A stretch of DNA of 64,000 bases from Escherichia phage EC_OE_11. Where the stretch lies: the sequence record OQ108497.1, one strand, 5' to 3'. Positions 8,832-18,087 of the stretch are shown piece by piece (positions within the stretch are counted from its first letter, which is position 1; each line of letters begins with the position of its first letter). Below the pieces are notes generated by a model that saw only the letters and a list, made by a program, of their open reading frames with translations, was not told the origin of the DNA and searched no databases. The position numbers were made by a program, and so were the translations under genes.

Positions 8832-11660
8832 ATGTATCCTATTCCTTTATTTATGTCAACAACATCAGCTTCAGGAGTAACAGCTACATCTATAACCACT
8901 GCCTCTATTGGTATTGCAATAGTTGGTAGTAAAAAACAACTGACATACACAGTTTCACCGGAAGATGGTGCGTTATTTGATATAGCTTTTTCATCTTCAG
9001 ATAATACCAAAATGGTTATAGATAATAGTGGTATGATGGAGTTTGTTGCTGAAGGTGGTTTTGATGCAATAATGACAGCTAAAAATAATTTAGGTGCTGT
9101 CTTAACTGATCAATCTGGTGGTTATGCTTCAGAATTAAGTGTGTACACTGAAAGTCTATCTGCTATGGATGTAGGCACTACTCAACAGTTGGTTGCTACA
9201 ATCAATCCAGAAGGTGCTAAAGACCTTCCAGATATGGTAATTACGTACACCACAACAGATCCAGAAGTAGCTACTGTAAGCCCTACAGGATTAATAACTG
9301 CTCTTAAAGATGGTAATTGCCGTATAGGTTGTACTGCAACGTATCAAGGAACAGTTGTGGCCTCTGATAGTTCTTATTTAGGTGTTAATGCTATTCCTGT
9401 TATTTCTAATGTAACAGCCGTGGCAAACAGCTATGGAGACGTTCGTGTTGCTTGGGATGTAGCTGATCCGCTAGATGGTGATACTTATACTGTAGAAGTG
9501 TTAGATTTAAGTAATAACAGTGTTCAGTGGACTACAACAACCACGAATACTCATGCTTACTTTGATATCTCTGACTCTATTCCTCTTTATGGGTTTGCTC
9601 CAACATACCTTAAAATTAGCGTTAAGAGCACCAAAGCAGCACCTGTTATCTTTAATAACTCAATAGCTACAGATGATTCGTTCATTAAAGAAGTTATTGT
9701 CTTTGCTGGACAAGATAACGTAAATGCGCACTTTACAGAACTATCTGGTGCAAATAAAGCAGCAATGAGTAGCACAACAGCCCGTAATGCATATGCTACG
9801 CAACGTGGTTTAGCAAATGCTGAAGTTCTTCCGTTAAATACAGCTTCTGGATCATCAGCAGCAGATAAATATGCTGACGATAAAGCTGGAACAGGTACAC
9901 CAGACAACTACTGGTATGATCTGGATAACACAGCAGATGGGCCATGCTTAACTAATTTTATCACTAAAGTCACACCTTATGCAAGTAAGGTTAAAGCAAT
10001 TATTTGGGGACAAGGTGAAAATGATGCTGTATCAGCATCTTCAACTGTTGCAGGTAGATACAGTAACACTACACGTTACCATGATGCTACAATAGCTATC
10101 TTTGATAAGATGCGTACAATAGTTCCTGCTTCTCAAGCAAAAATTGTTTGGCAGATCCTAGGACGTTCTTATTTATATGGTGTAGAAGTTAATGGTGTGG
10201 ATTGGCAGAAATACAGAAATGTACAAAGAGCCATCTCTACGGCACGTGATGATGTTATCATTGGTTCTTGGGTAGATGGTGCTGAACGTTACAGTGGCTA
10301 TGTTTATGAAGAAGGTATTGATGGTCGTATCCATTATGTTTCTTCTGTATACCAGACAGCAGCTACAAAACTTGCTAAATCAGCAGCAGACGGTACAGAC
10401 CTAACATCAACGTCACCTGTTTGGGTTGATATGGCTGTTCCAACTGGAGCAACAGCTACTTCCCAACCTAATCAAGATACAATTTTAGCATGGGATGCTC
10501 AAGGCTATAGTAAACACTACTTCCGTAATATTAACGTCTTAACAGCATCTGTATTAACTGAACAAACACTTAATACGAACAGCTATACGTTTACCTATGC
10601 AGATCAAGTAGCACAATATGGTTTTGCAGCAGGAACTACTATATTTGATGTTGCATATTATGACGAAGCAAATGATGTGTTATCTCCTTTAGTACGTTTT
10701 AATGTTAACGTTACAGCAGGAACCGAAGAAGATAAACCTGTCGTGATGGACTATGATTTGACGCAAGAAACTCTTCCATCAGATGTGCGCGTAAACAGGA
10801 GCAACCATTATGCTAGGGCTTCTGGAGATATCCTTGTACCGACAGAGGTTTCTGCTCCTGTAGCACCTTTAGAATATATTGGTACAACGCCACAAGGTAG
10901 ACGTGTTGTAGCAGCCAACCGTACATATATCTTTGTCAACAATAACTTGACAACAGCTTCCCCGTGGTTGAAGACGAACTTGACAGTTACAGCATCAACA
11001 ATCAACTCTCCGGTTGGAACTACAGCTAACACTTACAAGTTAACACCTTCTACAACTTCAGGACAACATATTTTATCAGCAGTGAATACAGCTTCTGATA
11101 TTACAGCAGGTAGGCAATGGGCTGCATCTGTATTCTTGAAGCCAGACGGGATCACTAAAGTGAAGCTCAAATTGACTTCAGGAGATGAGGTTAACGAAGG
11201 GACTTATGATCTTGAAGCTGGAACATTTACAGGCACAGATGCAAATATGATCGACATGGGGAATGGTTGGTATCGTGTAATCTTACATAAAGTAACGGTT
11301 GCTAAACAAGCCTCTATGACTTATGAGATTATAGCTTTGAATGCCAGTGGATCAGACACTTTTGCAGGAGATGGCACTGGAGGTCTTATTGCTTGGGTTC
11401 CACAACTTGAAATGGGCGATATGACAAACCCAGTTTGGGCGGGGACACCATTTGTTTGTACTTATGCACGAGATACAGATAGTGCTGCCACCTTCACTAT
11501 TCCTAAGAACGGACACACTGGCGTGGATATTTACCACACAGATGGAACTGTGCAAAGAGAGATTTTCACGGGCACAGCTACTACCTGGATGTTATCATTC
11601 AACGCCGCAAGTGCAGATTGGGGATCGAAATTCATCTCTGGTTTGAAATATTACGACTAA
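8832..11660 (+). CDS. tail fibre/tailspike protein with Ig-like (Big_2-like) and SGNH/esterase-like domains
   Basis: 942 aa; AAGGAG RBS; Big_2-like segment (VITYTTTDPEVATVSPTGLITALKDGNCRIGCTATYQG); central region with esterase-like motifs (VIVFAGQDNVNAHF ... IWGQGENDA). Confidence 0.45.
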   Translation: MYPIPLFMSTTSASGVTATSITTASIGIAIVGSKKQLTYTVSPEDGALFDIAFSSSDNTKMVIDNSGMMEFVAEGGFDAIMTAKNNLGAVLTDQSGGYASELSVYTESLSAMDVGTTQQLVATINPEGAKDLPDMVITYTTTDPEVATVSPTGLITALKDGNCRIGCTATYQGTVVASDSSYLGVNAIPVISNVTAVANSYGDVRVAWDVADPLDGDTYTVEVLDLSNNSVQWTTTTTNTHAYFDISDSIPLYGFAPTYLKISVKSTKAAPVIFNNSIATDDSFIKEVIVFAGQDNVNAHFTELSGANKAAMSSTTARNAYATQRGLANAEVLPLNTASGSSAADKYADDKAGTGTPDNYWYDLDNTADGPCLTNFITKVTPYASKVKAIIWGQGENDAVSASSTVAGRYSNTTRYHDATIAIFDKMRTIVPASQAKIVWQILGRSYLYGVEVNGVDWQKYRNVQRAISTARDDVIIGSWVDGAERYSGYVYEEGIDGRIHYVSSVYQTAATKLAKSAADGTDLTSTSPVWVDMAVPTGATATSQPNQDTILAWDAQGYSKHYFRNINVLTASVLTEQTLNTNSYTFTYADQVAQYGFAAGTTIFDVAYYDEANDVLSPLVRFNVNVTAGTEEDKPVVMDYDLTQETLPSDVRVNRSNHYARASGDILVPTEVSAPVAPLEYIGTTPQGRRVVAANRTYIFVNNNLTTASPWLKTNLTVTASTINSPVGTTANTYKLTPSTTSGQHILSAVNTASDITAGRQWAASVFLKPDGITKVKLKLTSGDEVNEGTYDLEAGTFTGTDANMIDMGNGWYRVILHKVTVAKQASMTYEIIALNASGSDTFAGDGTGGLIAWVPQLEMGDMTNPVWAGTPFVCTYARDTDSAATFTIPKNGHTGVDIYHTDGTVQREIFTGTATTWMLSFNAASADWGSKFISGLKYYD

Positions 11661-11663
11661 TAA

Positions 11664-11690
11664 AAAAGGAGCCATTAGGCTCCTTTTCTT
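11664..11690. terminator. bidirectional terminator hairpin between convergent genes
   Basis: AAAAGGAGCC-ATTA-GGCTCCTTTT, A-run and T-run on both sides; between plus gene stop 11660 and minus gene stop 11696. Confidence 0.6.
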
Positions 11691-11695
11691 TTATC

Positions 11696-12127
11696 TTAAT
11701 CAGTGAAAATTACGCTTACATCTTCTTTAGAAAAGAGTTTATGATCTTCACCTTTTGTCTCAAGAGTTTCATACAGGTTAAGAAGTTCTGAAACATCTTT
11801 CTCTACCAGTTTCTTCAATGTTGCAATTTTCTGTTTGCGATTCTTAATACGTTCAGCTACAACCTTACGTTGGTATCCGGCAGTACGATAACCGGAGAAA
11901 GTTACACCAGTGAGACTTGCAGTTACAGGATCGTAATGACGTTCAATCTGAAATTTATTAAAAGGTACAGCGTCATCACGAATAATCTTACCGCCATTAC
12001 TTACTTGACGAAGACCAGTAACTTGTTCCAGTCGTGCCATAGAAATCTTTGGAGACAGACCAGAGTCCAAGTTCATACCGTTGTTAATCAGTGCCTTCAG
12101 GGTGATTTTGCTGTTCAGTGTACTCAT
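11696..12127 (-). CDS. hypothetical protein co-transcribed with DNA methyltransferase
   Basis: 143 aa; start overlaps upstream MTase gene (alternative ATG about 12076); no recognisable motif. Confidence 0.35.
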   Translation of the reverse strand: MSTLNSKITLKALINNGMNLDSGLSPKISMARLEQVTGLRQVSNGGKIIRDDAVPFNKFQIERHYDPVTASLTGVTFSGYRTAGYQRKVVAERIKNRKQKIATLKKLVEKDVSELLNLYETLETKGEDHKLFSKEDVSVIFTD

Positions 12128-12815
12128 TTAGTCGTTCCTCCGCTTGCTTAAAAATATTTACATCGGCTTCACAGCCTAAGTATTCTCTACCTGTTAAAAG
12201 TGCCGCAACTTGTGTTGTTGCACTTCCAGAGAAGAAGTCTAAGACTACATCTCCTTCGTTGGTGTGTATATTAATAAGGTCACAAAACAAAGTCAAGTGT
12301 TTTTGTGTTGGATGAAAACGATCTGCTCCTTGATAGATAGGATACTCAAACACACCCTTATGGTAGGAAGCATTGAAGGTTGGCTTCGAACCTTTAACAC
12401 AAACAATAGCCATCTCTTTAGCGTTACTAAGGTAGTTAACACCACTGTTGATGGGTACAGGGTTGGTTTTAATCCATTCAATAGTACGGAACATACGAAA
12501 ACCAAGCGGTTCAAGGATTTCACGTAGTTCCTGGATCTTCCAGATATCATACCAAACTATGCAAGTACCACCTTTTCTAAGCACCCTATAGGCTTCTTTG
12601 AATACTTCTTTAAAGTAAGGAATATCTACAACATCCCAGTCACCAAAGTTGTAAGATACACGGAATCTATCCGTATCTTTTCCAGTAGGCTCTCCAGATT
12701 GAAAATTTGTGTCACGAGAAATAGCATATGGTGGGTCAGTAAGAATCAAATCTACACTGTTGCTTTCGAGGGTTTGCAGGTAGTTTAATGCGGTGTTGTT
12801 TACAAATTCGCTCAT
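12084..12815 (-). CDS. DNA methyltransferase (beta-class, N6-adenine or N4-cytosine)
   Basis: 243 aa; GAAGGAG RBS; catalytic DPPY motif (ILTDPPYAI) precedes AdoMet-binding FFSGSATT, the circularly permuted beta-class order. Confidence 0.85.
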   Translation of the reverse strand: MSEFVNNTALNYLQTLESNSVDLILTDPPYAISRDTNFQSGEPTGKDTDRFRVSYNFGDWDVVDIPYFKEVFKEAYRVLRKGGTCIVWYDIWKIQELREILEPLGFRMFRTIEWIKTNPVPINSGVNYLSNAKEMAIVCVKGSKPTFNASYHKGVFEYPIYQGADRFHPTQKHLTLFCDLINIHTNEGDVVLDFFSGSATTQVAALLTGREYLGCEADVNIFKQAEERLNEYTEQQNHPEGTD

Positions 12816-12830
12816 TATATCTCCTTCAAA

Positions 12831-12853
12831 GAAAAGGAGCCGTTAGGCTCCTT
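12831..12853 (-). terminator. terminator-like hairpin (near-identical copy of hairpin at 11664)
   Basis: GGAGCC-GTTA-GGCTCC with flanking A/T runs; lies between SSB-like stop and MTase start. Confidence 0.5.
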
Positions 12854-12875
12854 ATATTCACACAATATTTAATTA

Positions 12876-13823
12876 TTAGAAACAGTGCAGGAAGTTTCGA
12901 CCATATTGCAAACCAATAGGAGCAAATGGGATATCATCATCGAAATCTTGAACAACAGGTTCTGGTTCTTTCGGTGCTGGCTCTTTCTTCTCTACTTTCT
13001 TAGTTTCTTTCTTAACTTCTTGTACTGGGGTAGACATTCCACGGATAGCAGCAGCTACTTTATCAGACAAAGCAAGAACTTCACGAGCAGCTTCAATAAT
13101 CTCTTCTGCCGTTACAGTTTTACCTGTATGATCACGACAAGCATTAAGAATTGCGTGTCCAACTGAAGCACCAAGATCATAATCAGTCACGTCAACGCCA
13201 CGATCTTTAGCAATTTCAGCTTTCAGAGTAACAGTTGCAGATTGTACCACACCAGCCAAATCGAAAGCATCACCTTTCACACCAGCACGTAGAAGCTCCA
13301 GAGCGCCGTTTACAGCGTGTCCTGTTTCAATCCCTACGGTATCACGTTTTTTGTAGTTAGGCTTGCTACCGTCATTATTAGATGGCTTATTTCCACCTTT
13401 TGAAGAAGATTGTGCTTGCTGAACACCTTCTGTTGAAAGAATAGTGATTTTACCTTTAGAGGAATTGTAGTATGTTTTGCCATTCCATTCGGAAGGTTTA
13501 ACATCCATAGTTAGTTCTACACCTTTTTCAATAGTAACCCACTTATCACCATCTTTAACTTGCAGGTTTTCATGTTCTGGGTGCAGTTTAACTTCACCTA
13601 GACTAACCCAAACGCCTTTATCCTCAGCACCAGCACCTTTCTCTTTAATAAGCAGAGATGCTTTGTGAGTTGATTCAATTTTCTTATCTGGCTGACCTGC
13701 AACCTTAATATAAGAGACTTTCATTTCATCAAACTTATCTAGTTTGACATATTCGACAATACCTTCAGCCCAGAATGCTTCTTTTTTAGTACGGCGGTCG
13801 ATTTCAGAATTAATTACTGGCAT
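12876..13823 (-). CDS. putative ssDNA-binding protein with E. coli SSB-like acidic tail motif
   Basis: 315 aa; contains DFDDDIPF (the E. coli SSB C-terminal tip) but followed by 17 more residues; Gly/Ser/Asn-rich linker; N-terminal beta-rich region. Confidence 0.4.
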   Translation of the reverse strand: MPVINSEIDRRTKKEAFWAEGIVEYVKLDKFDEMKVSYIKVAGQPDKKIESTHKASLLIKEKGAGAEDKGVWVSLGEVKLHPEHENLQVKDGDKWVTIEKGVELTMDVKPSEWNGKTYYNSSKGKITILSTEGVQQAQSSSKGGNKPSNNDGSKPNYKKRDTVGIETGHAVNGALELLRAGVKGDAFDLAGVVQSATVTLKAEIAKDRGVDVTDYDLGASVGHAILNACRDHTGKTVTAEEIIEAAREVLALSDKVAAAIRGMSTPVQEVKKETKKVEKKEPAPKEPEPVVQDFDDDIPFAPIGLQYGRNFLHCF

Positions 13824-13839
13824 AAATTCTCCTCTATAA

Positions 13840-14238
13840 TTACATTACTTTAACACAAAACTCTCGTAAAAGAGTAGCGTCAGTTTCTTCCAACAGGTAT
13901 TTACCAAGACCAATACCAAAGCCTATTTCACCACTTTCAAAATGGAGAATTTGTATCTTTTCTCCACCAAGATTAATTACTTTTGCTTTTCCAGGATTAT
14001 CCAAAACATCTCGTATTGTATCCTGTAGTAGCATAAGCTCACGTTTTGTGATAGTGGTTTCAGATATCTCTTTGTTTTCTACTCTCACTGTTAAACGATT
14101 GTATCCACCAAAGAGACATAGTATTTGAATAAAAAAGGTATTATCTTGAGGTTCAACATCTTTTTTGGTTAGCTCAAGACGATTAGTTTCTCTGCTGTAG
14201 AACGTCTCGACTAAGATTTTAGAACGATTATCTGTCAT
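13840..14238 (-). CDS. hypothetical protein
   Basis: 132 aa ORF in replication block. Confidence 0.3.
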   Translation of the reverse strand: MTDNRSKILVETFYSRETNRLELTKKDVEPQDNTFFIQILCLFGGYNRLTVRVENKEISETTITKRELMLLQDTIRDVLDNPGKAKVINLGGEKIQILHFESGEIGFGIGLGKYLLEETDATLLREFCVKVM

Positions 14239-14281
14239 TCAAGTCCTCATAATAACACATAATTATAATGTTTGTCAACAC

Positions 14282-14875
14282 TTAAATTTTAAATTCTTCG
14301 TTGTTAAATGAATCCAGTGTACGTACTTCCGGTTCTTTGGGAATGAATACGTCTTTTACAAAGCGGAACATAGGGAAACGTTCTGCCATTTTACGGACGT
14401 GTGCTTCTTTACCTGTGTATCGGTGATTAATAGTGCAAATATTAGTCTTCAATGCAAATTCAAAATCTGGATGATATACATAGTTTTGACCATCCCAGTA
14501 ACACAGGCAAATAGCTACATCAAAGTTCCATACGATTTCACTACGTACACCTTCTTCCATGATCATAAAGTTAAACTTAAGGTCTTTATAGTATGCTTCA
14601 AATACCCATTTCAAATGTGGTAGTTCGGCATAAGTGTGTTCTGTTTGCTTAGTAAGTTGTTTCACATTACGTGCACCAACACCCAACATTAAAAATTTCT
14701 CTACTAATACGAGTGTATTGTGGTTAGGCATACGCAAGTAAATGTCAATGTCTTGTGCAGGTTTCTCTAATCGCCAATCACGTACAGCGCCGCCAGCAAC
14801 AATTGCAAACGGATCTACCAGTTGGCACATACGTAATACTTCTAAAGCTCGTACTTTTTGATCTTCAATATTCAT
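14282..14875 (-). CDS. Pol-beta superfamily nucleotidyltransferase (CCA-adding/poly(A) polymerase head-domain-like)
   Basis: 197 aa; motif AIVAGGAVRDWRL ... DIDIYL resembles the GGxVRD ... DxD head-domain signature of tRNA nucleotidyltransferases. Confidence 0.45.
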   Translation of the reverse strand: MNIEDQKVRALEVLRMCQLVDPFAIVAGGAVRDWRLEKPAQDIDIYLRMPNHNTLVLVEKFLMLGVGARNVKQLTKQTEHTYAELPHLKWVFEAYYKDLKFNFMIMEEGVRSEIVWNFDVAICLCYWDGQNYVYHPDFEFALKTNICTINHRYTGKEAHVRKMAERFPMFRFVKDVFIPKEPEVRTLDSFNNEEFKI

Positions 14876-15012
14876 ATTTTCTCCTATCTCTTATGGTCTT
14901 TGCGTTATTCTAGATGTTCAAACATCTAATTATGAAATGGTTTAAAAGTGCGGAACAACCTTGGCAATCACAGATTGTTCCACATAAAAACTCCTTTAAA
15001 ATCAAATAGATA

Positions 15013-17592
15013 CTAGTGACAACTGGCCCATGAGTTACCAACATCGTAACCAGCAGTGAGAGGTACATTAAGATTGTAATACTCACCAGCTTTATTAACA
15101 GCGATAGATGCTAATTCTCCAGCACGACTGTAGGCTGTAAACCAACCACCTTTTGGAGACTCATGTACGTTAGCCCAAATCTTGCCAGTACGTTTCTCTT
15201 CCTCTTCTTTCCAGGCATTAACTTTATCCAAACATTCTTTATCAATTTTCTTTTGTTCATCTGGATCATCAACTTGAGTCCAACCTAAAGATTCTTTAGA
15301 GAACCATTTAAAATGCACCAGATCACGAGTTACTTCAAGCTGTGCTTCATCGTGATATGCAATCATTTGTTGAACGAACGACTTATTTTTCCAGTCATCA
15401 ACAAAAAAGTCAACAGCTAATCCTTCTTCTTCGATAAGATCGTCGTAGATAACCATTGCTCTTTTTGCACAAATAACACCACCACTCTGAAACAGAGAGT
15501 TAAGTATTGCGTGTGCAGATCGTGTAGGTACTTTCCTACCATCAATACCAAGAATGTATTTCTTACCTGTTTTAACCCAAAAATCATGCAGACGTTCTTT
15601 AAGAAGAGCAAGAGGTTTTGCAGCTTCCCAGAAAGCATCGTATACAAGCTGTCCTGTATACATATCACTACCAATGGTTTTTGCTACTTTTGCAGCTTGA
15701 GCACCATAAGTAATACCATACTTAACAGATTTAGCAGGGCTTCGTTCAAACTTACGACCAATAGTATCAGAAATACGTCGAGCCATCATTGTATGAACAT
15801 CGTTAGGTTTTTCCAACAACAGAGCATTACAATATTCGTGTGGTTCCTGCTCGTACCGCCAACAGTAGTGTGATTCTATTTTTGCCTCAAGAGAATCAAA
15901 GTCATAACCAATTTGGAAGTATTTTGGAACTTCTACACCAAATAAGTTACGCATTTCATATCCGTACAGAGATGTTACACGTGGGATATTTGCTACTAAC
16001 CTGTGTTTCATACGAGACGTAGCTGCATCACACGTTGCAGCAGGAGTTGGTATACGACCATCAGCCCTTACTGCCGCCAGATAACCTTTATCATAATCCT
16101 CTTCATCTTCTTCCCAATCAGCACCACCACCTAGAATAGAGTTTCTACGATGTTTATACGTAAGATACTGCACAATCTGCGTAGCATAAGGAAACTTTTC
16201 ACCTAGTGCTTCCAAGTTAGGACAAATATCCTTCTCTTGCCCTTTTGTAAAGGAAGGGTTAGTAAGCACTTTAACACCACGACCTTTAGCTTTAGCAATA
16301 CGATCTCTTAGTTTCCATTCCAAAGTTTCTGGGGTGCACTCCAGATGATCACATCTGTCCTGGCAGAAGTTAGATGCTAATGTTTGATCAACATAGTCAC
16401 GAATAGCTTTCTCCATTTGTGCTTCATCTTTCTTAATCTTAGTGCCAGATTTAAGAGTGATATCTTTATCTTTATATTCAGATGGACTCCAACCTAAACC
16501 AACTAACCAATTTTTAATATGTGTAGTGTCGTCTAAAGTAGCAGGTACTGTAGGATCACAAATAGGTTCTTCTGCTGGAATAGGGAGTTTAAACTCTTTA
16601 CCTAATGCAAATAACCACCAACCATCTTCTTTTTGTACAAGTTCACCAGAATGTTTCTCTGCAAACTTTATCATGTTACTTGAAGGTTCACCATTCTTTT
16701 TAAACTGTAGTTTAGGTGGAATGAATGATTTCAAATAACCTTTAGTAGCAGGTTTAGGAGGTAGTACAGGTTCTGCCTCTAAACGACATGCTTCCATTCG
16801 AGCATCCAGATCACGAATATTATCTTCTGCTTGTTTCATATTGAAAGCAAAGCCACGGTGCTCTTGACGTGTAATAATATCAGCTACACGTTGTTCTAAG
16901 TTAAATGGTTCAGACCACTTACTATAATCGCCCCACTCTTCCATCAAATAACGGAACACTGCGGTGTTAGCTTTGTTATCGTAAATACAGTAATACAGCA
17001 TATCTGCTGCAAATGTTCTAAATCTTTCAGTTTCAGGGATGTTTTTTCTGAAATCAATTTTAACATCCCCTCCAGCTTTCTTAGATAACTCTGCCAGACT
17101 ATGACCACCGAAGCGATCAGGGTTTAGTGTCTTACTTAAGATCATAGTATCACAAATTTCAATGTTACTATTACCCCAAGTATTGTACTTAACACTGTAG
17201 TTGAGTTTAAAAAATAATTTAATTGCCAGTAAGTCGAAGTTAATGATGTTGTGTCCAACTACTTTGGTAATTTTATAGTTTGAATTACCTTTAAATTTAC
17301 CTGTTCCATTTACAAAATCAGGAAAATCTTTAAGAGGGAAATGGGTATATTCTAAATGCTCATATTCCTCCAGTCGGTATTCATACTTTCCGTCAGTCTC
17401 AACATACGGACGACCATCGAAAAGATATTTATCACCATCATGGAAAGCAATAATCTCTCCAGTATCATGACTTTCGCACACAATACAGTGCATTGCAAAA
17501 CTATCTTTTAAACGATATGGACTTGCCAAGTAATCTACACTTTCGTCATTAAGCAAGTTGTTACTTTCAATGTCGAAAGTAAAAGCTCCCAT
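15013..17592 (-). CDS. DNA polymerase, family A, with 3-5 exonuclease domain
   Basis: 859 aa; Exo I-like FTFDIESNN at N-terminus; motif B-like KSVKYGITYG; motif C-like IAYHDEAQLEV. Confidence 0.85.
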   Translation of the reverse strand: MGAFTFDIESNNLLNDESVDYLASPYRLKDSFAMHCIVCESHDTGEIIAFHDGDKYLFDGRPYVETDGKYEYRLEEYEHLEYTHFPLKDFPDFVNGTGKFKGNSNYKITKVVGHNIINFDLLAIKLFFKLNYSVKYNTWGNSNIEICDTMILSKTLNPDRFGGHSLAELSKKAGGDVKIDFRKNIPETERFRTFAADMLYYCIYDNKANTAVFRYLMEEWGDYSKWSEPFNLEQRVADIITRQEHRGFAFNMKQAEDNIRDLDARMEACRLEAEPVLPPKPATKGYLKSFIPPKLQFKKNGEPSSNMIKFAEKHSGELVQKEDGWWLFALGKEFKLPIPAEEPICDPTVPATLDDTTHIKNWLVGLGWSPSEYKDKDITLKSGTKIKKDEAQMEKAIRDYVDQTLASNFCQDRCDHLECTPETLEWKLRDRIAKAKGRGVKVLTNPSFTKGQEKDICPNLEALGEKFPYATQIVQYLTYKHRRNSILGGGADWEEDEEDYDKGYLAAVRADGRIPTPAATCDAATSRMKHRLVANIPRVTSLYGYEMRNLFGVEVPKYFQIGYDFDSLEAKIESHYCWRYEQEPHEYCNALLLEKPNDVHTMMARRISDTIGRKFERSPAKSVKYGITYGAQAAKVAKTIGSDMYTGQLVYDAFWEAAKPLALLKERLHDFWVKTGKKYILGIDGRKVPTRSAHAILNSLFQSGGVICAKRAMVIYDDLIEEEGLAVDFFVDDWKNKSFVQQMIAYHDEAQLEVTRDLVHFKWFSKESLGWTQVDDPDEQKKIDKECLDKVNAWKEEEEKRTGKIWANVHESPKGGWFTAYSRAGELASIAVNKAGEYYNLNVPLTAGYDVGNSWASCH

Positions 17593-17659
17593 TCTCCCTC
17601 CTTAAAATATTTCTAAAGTCTTAATTTGTTAATACTGTACCATAAATTAATTGTTTTGT

Positions 17660-17678
17660 AAAGGGGCTTTCGCCCCTT
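17660..17678. terminator. GC hairpin between DNA polymerase and upstream gene
   Basis: GGGGC-TTTC-GCCCC palindromic stem-loop with T-rich plus-strand tail. Confidence 0.4.
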
Positions 17679-17682
17679 CTTG

Positions 17683-18078
17683 TTATTTATTGTCAGCACT
17701 TAATTGTACTTTAATAAGGCAATTAGGGACACCATTGGTATTTCTCAAGCCTACACGGTCAATTTTAACTGTTCCTGTTAAGCCACTAAAAGTGGAAACA
17801 ATGTTATTAATGTTTTCATCCTTACTAGCGATATCAAGAACAACTTTATCACTAACATTTTTCAGCATACGATCTACAAGCTCTCCCACAAAACCACTGG
17901 TAGTTTGAATGAGAAGGTATAGGCAACCATCCTCAAACCACAAATGTTCACCATAAGCATAACCATATGGTTCTAACTCCGATCCATCTTGAAATTTAAA
18001 CTTAGCAACAGTTTTCGTATAATCATACCCTAACGCAGAAGGGGATACCCCATAGAGGATGTTTTCGTTGTCTTTCAT
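17683..18078 (-). CDS. hypothetical protein
   Basis: 131 aa ORF between primase-helicase and polymerase. Confidence 0.3.
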   Translation of the reverse strand: MKDNENILYGVSPSALGYDYTKTVAKFKFQDGSELEPYGYAYGEHLWFEDGCLYLLIQTTSGFVGELVDRMLKNVSDKVVLDIASKDENINNIVSTFSGLTGTVKIDRVGLRNTNGVPNCLIKVQLSADNK

Positions 18079-18087
18079 ATTTTCTCC

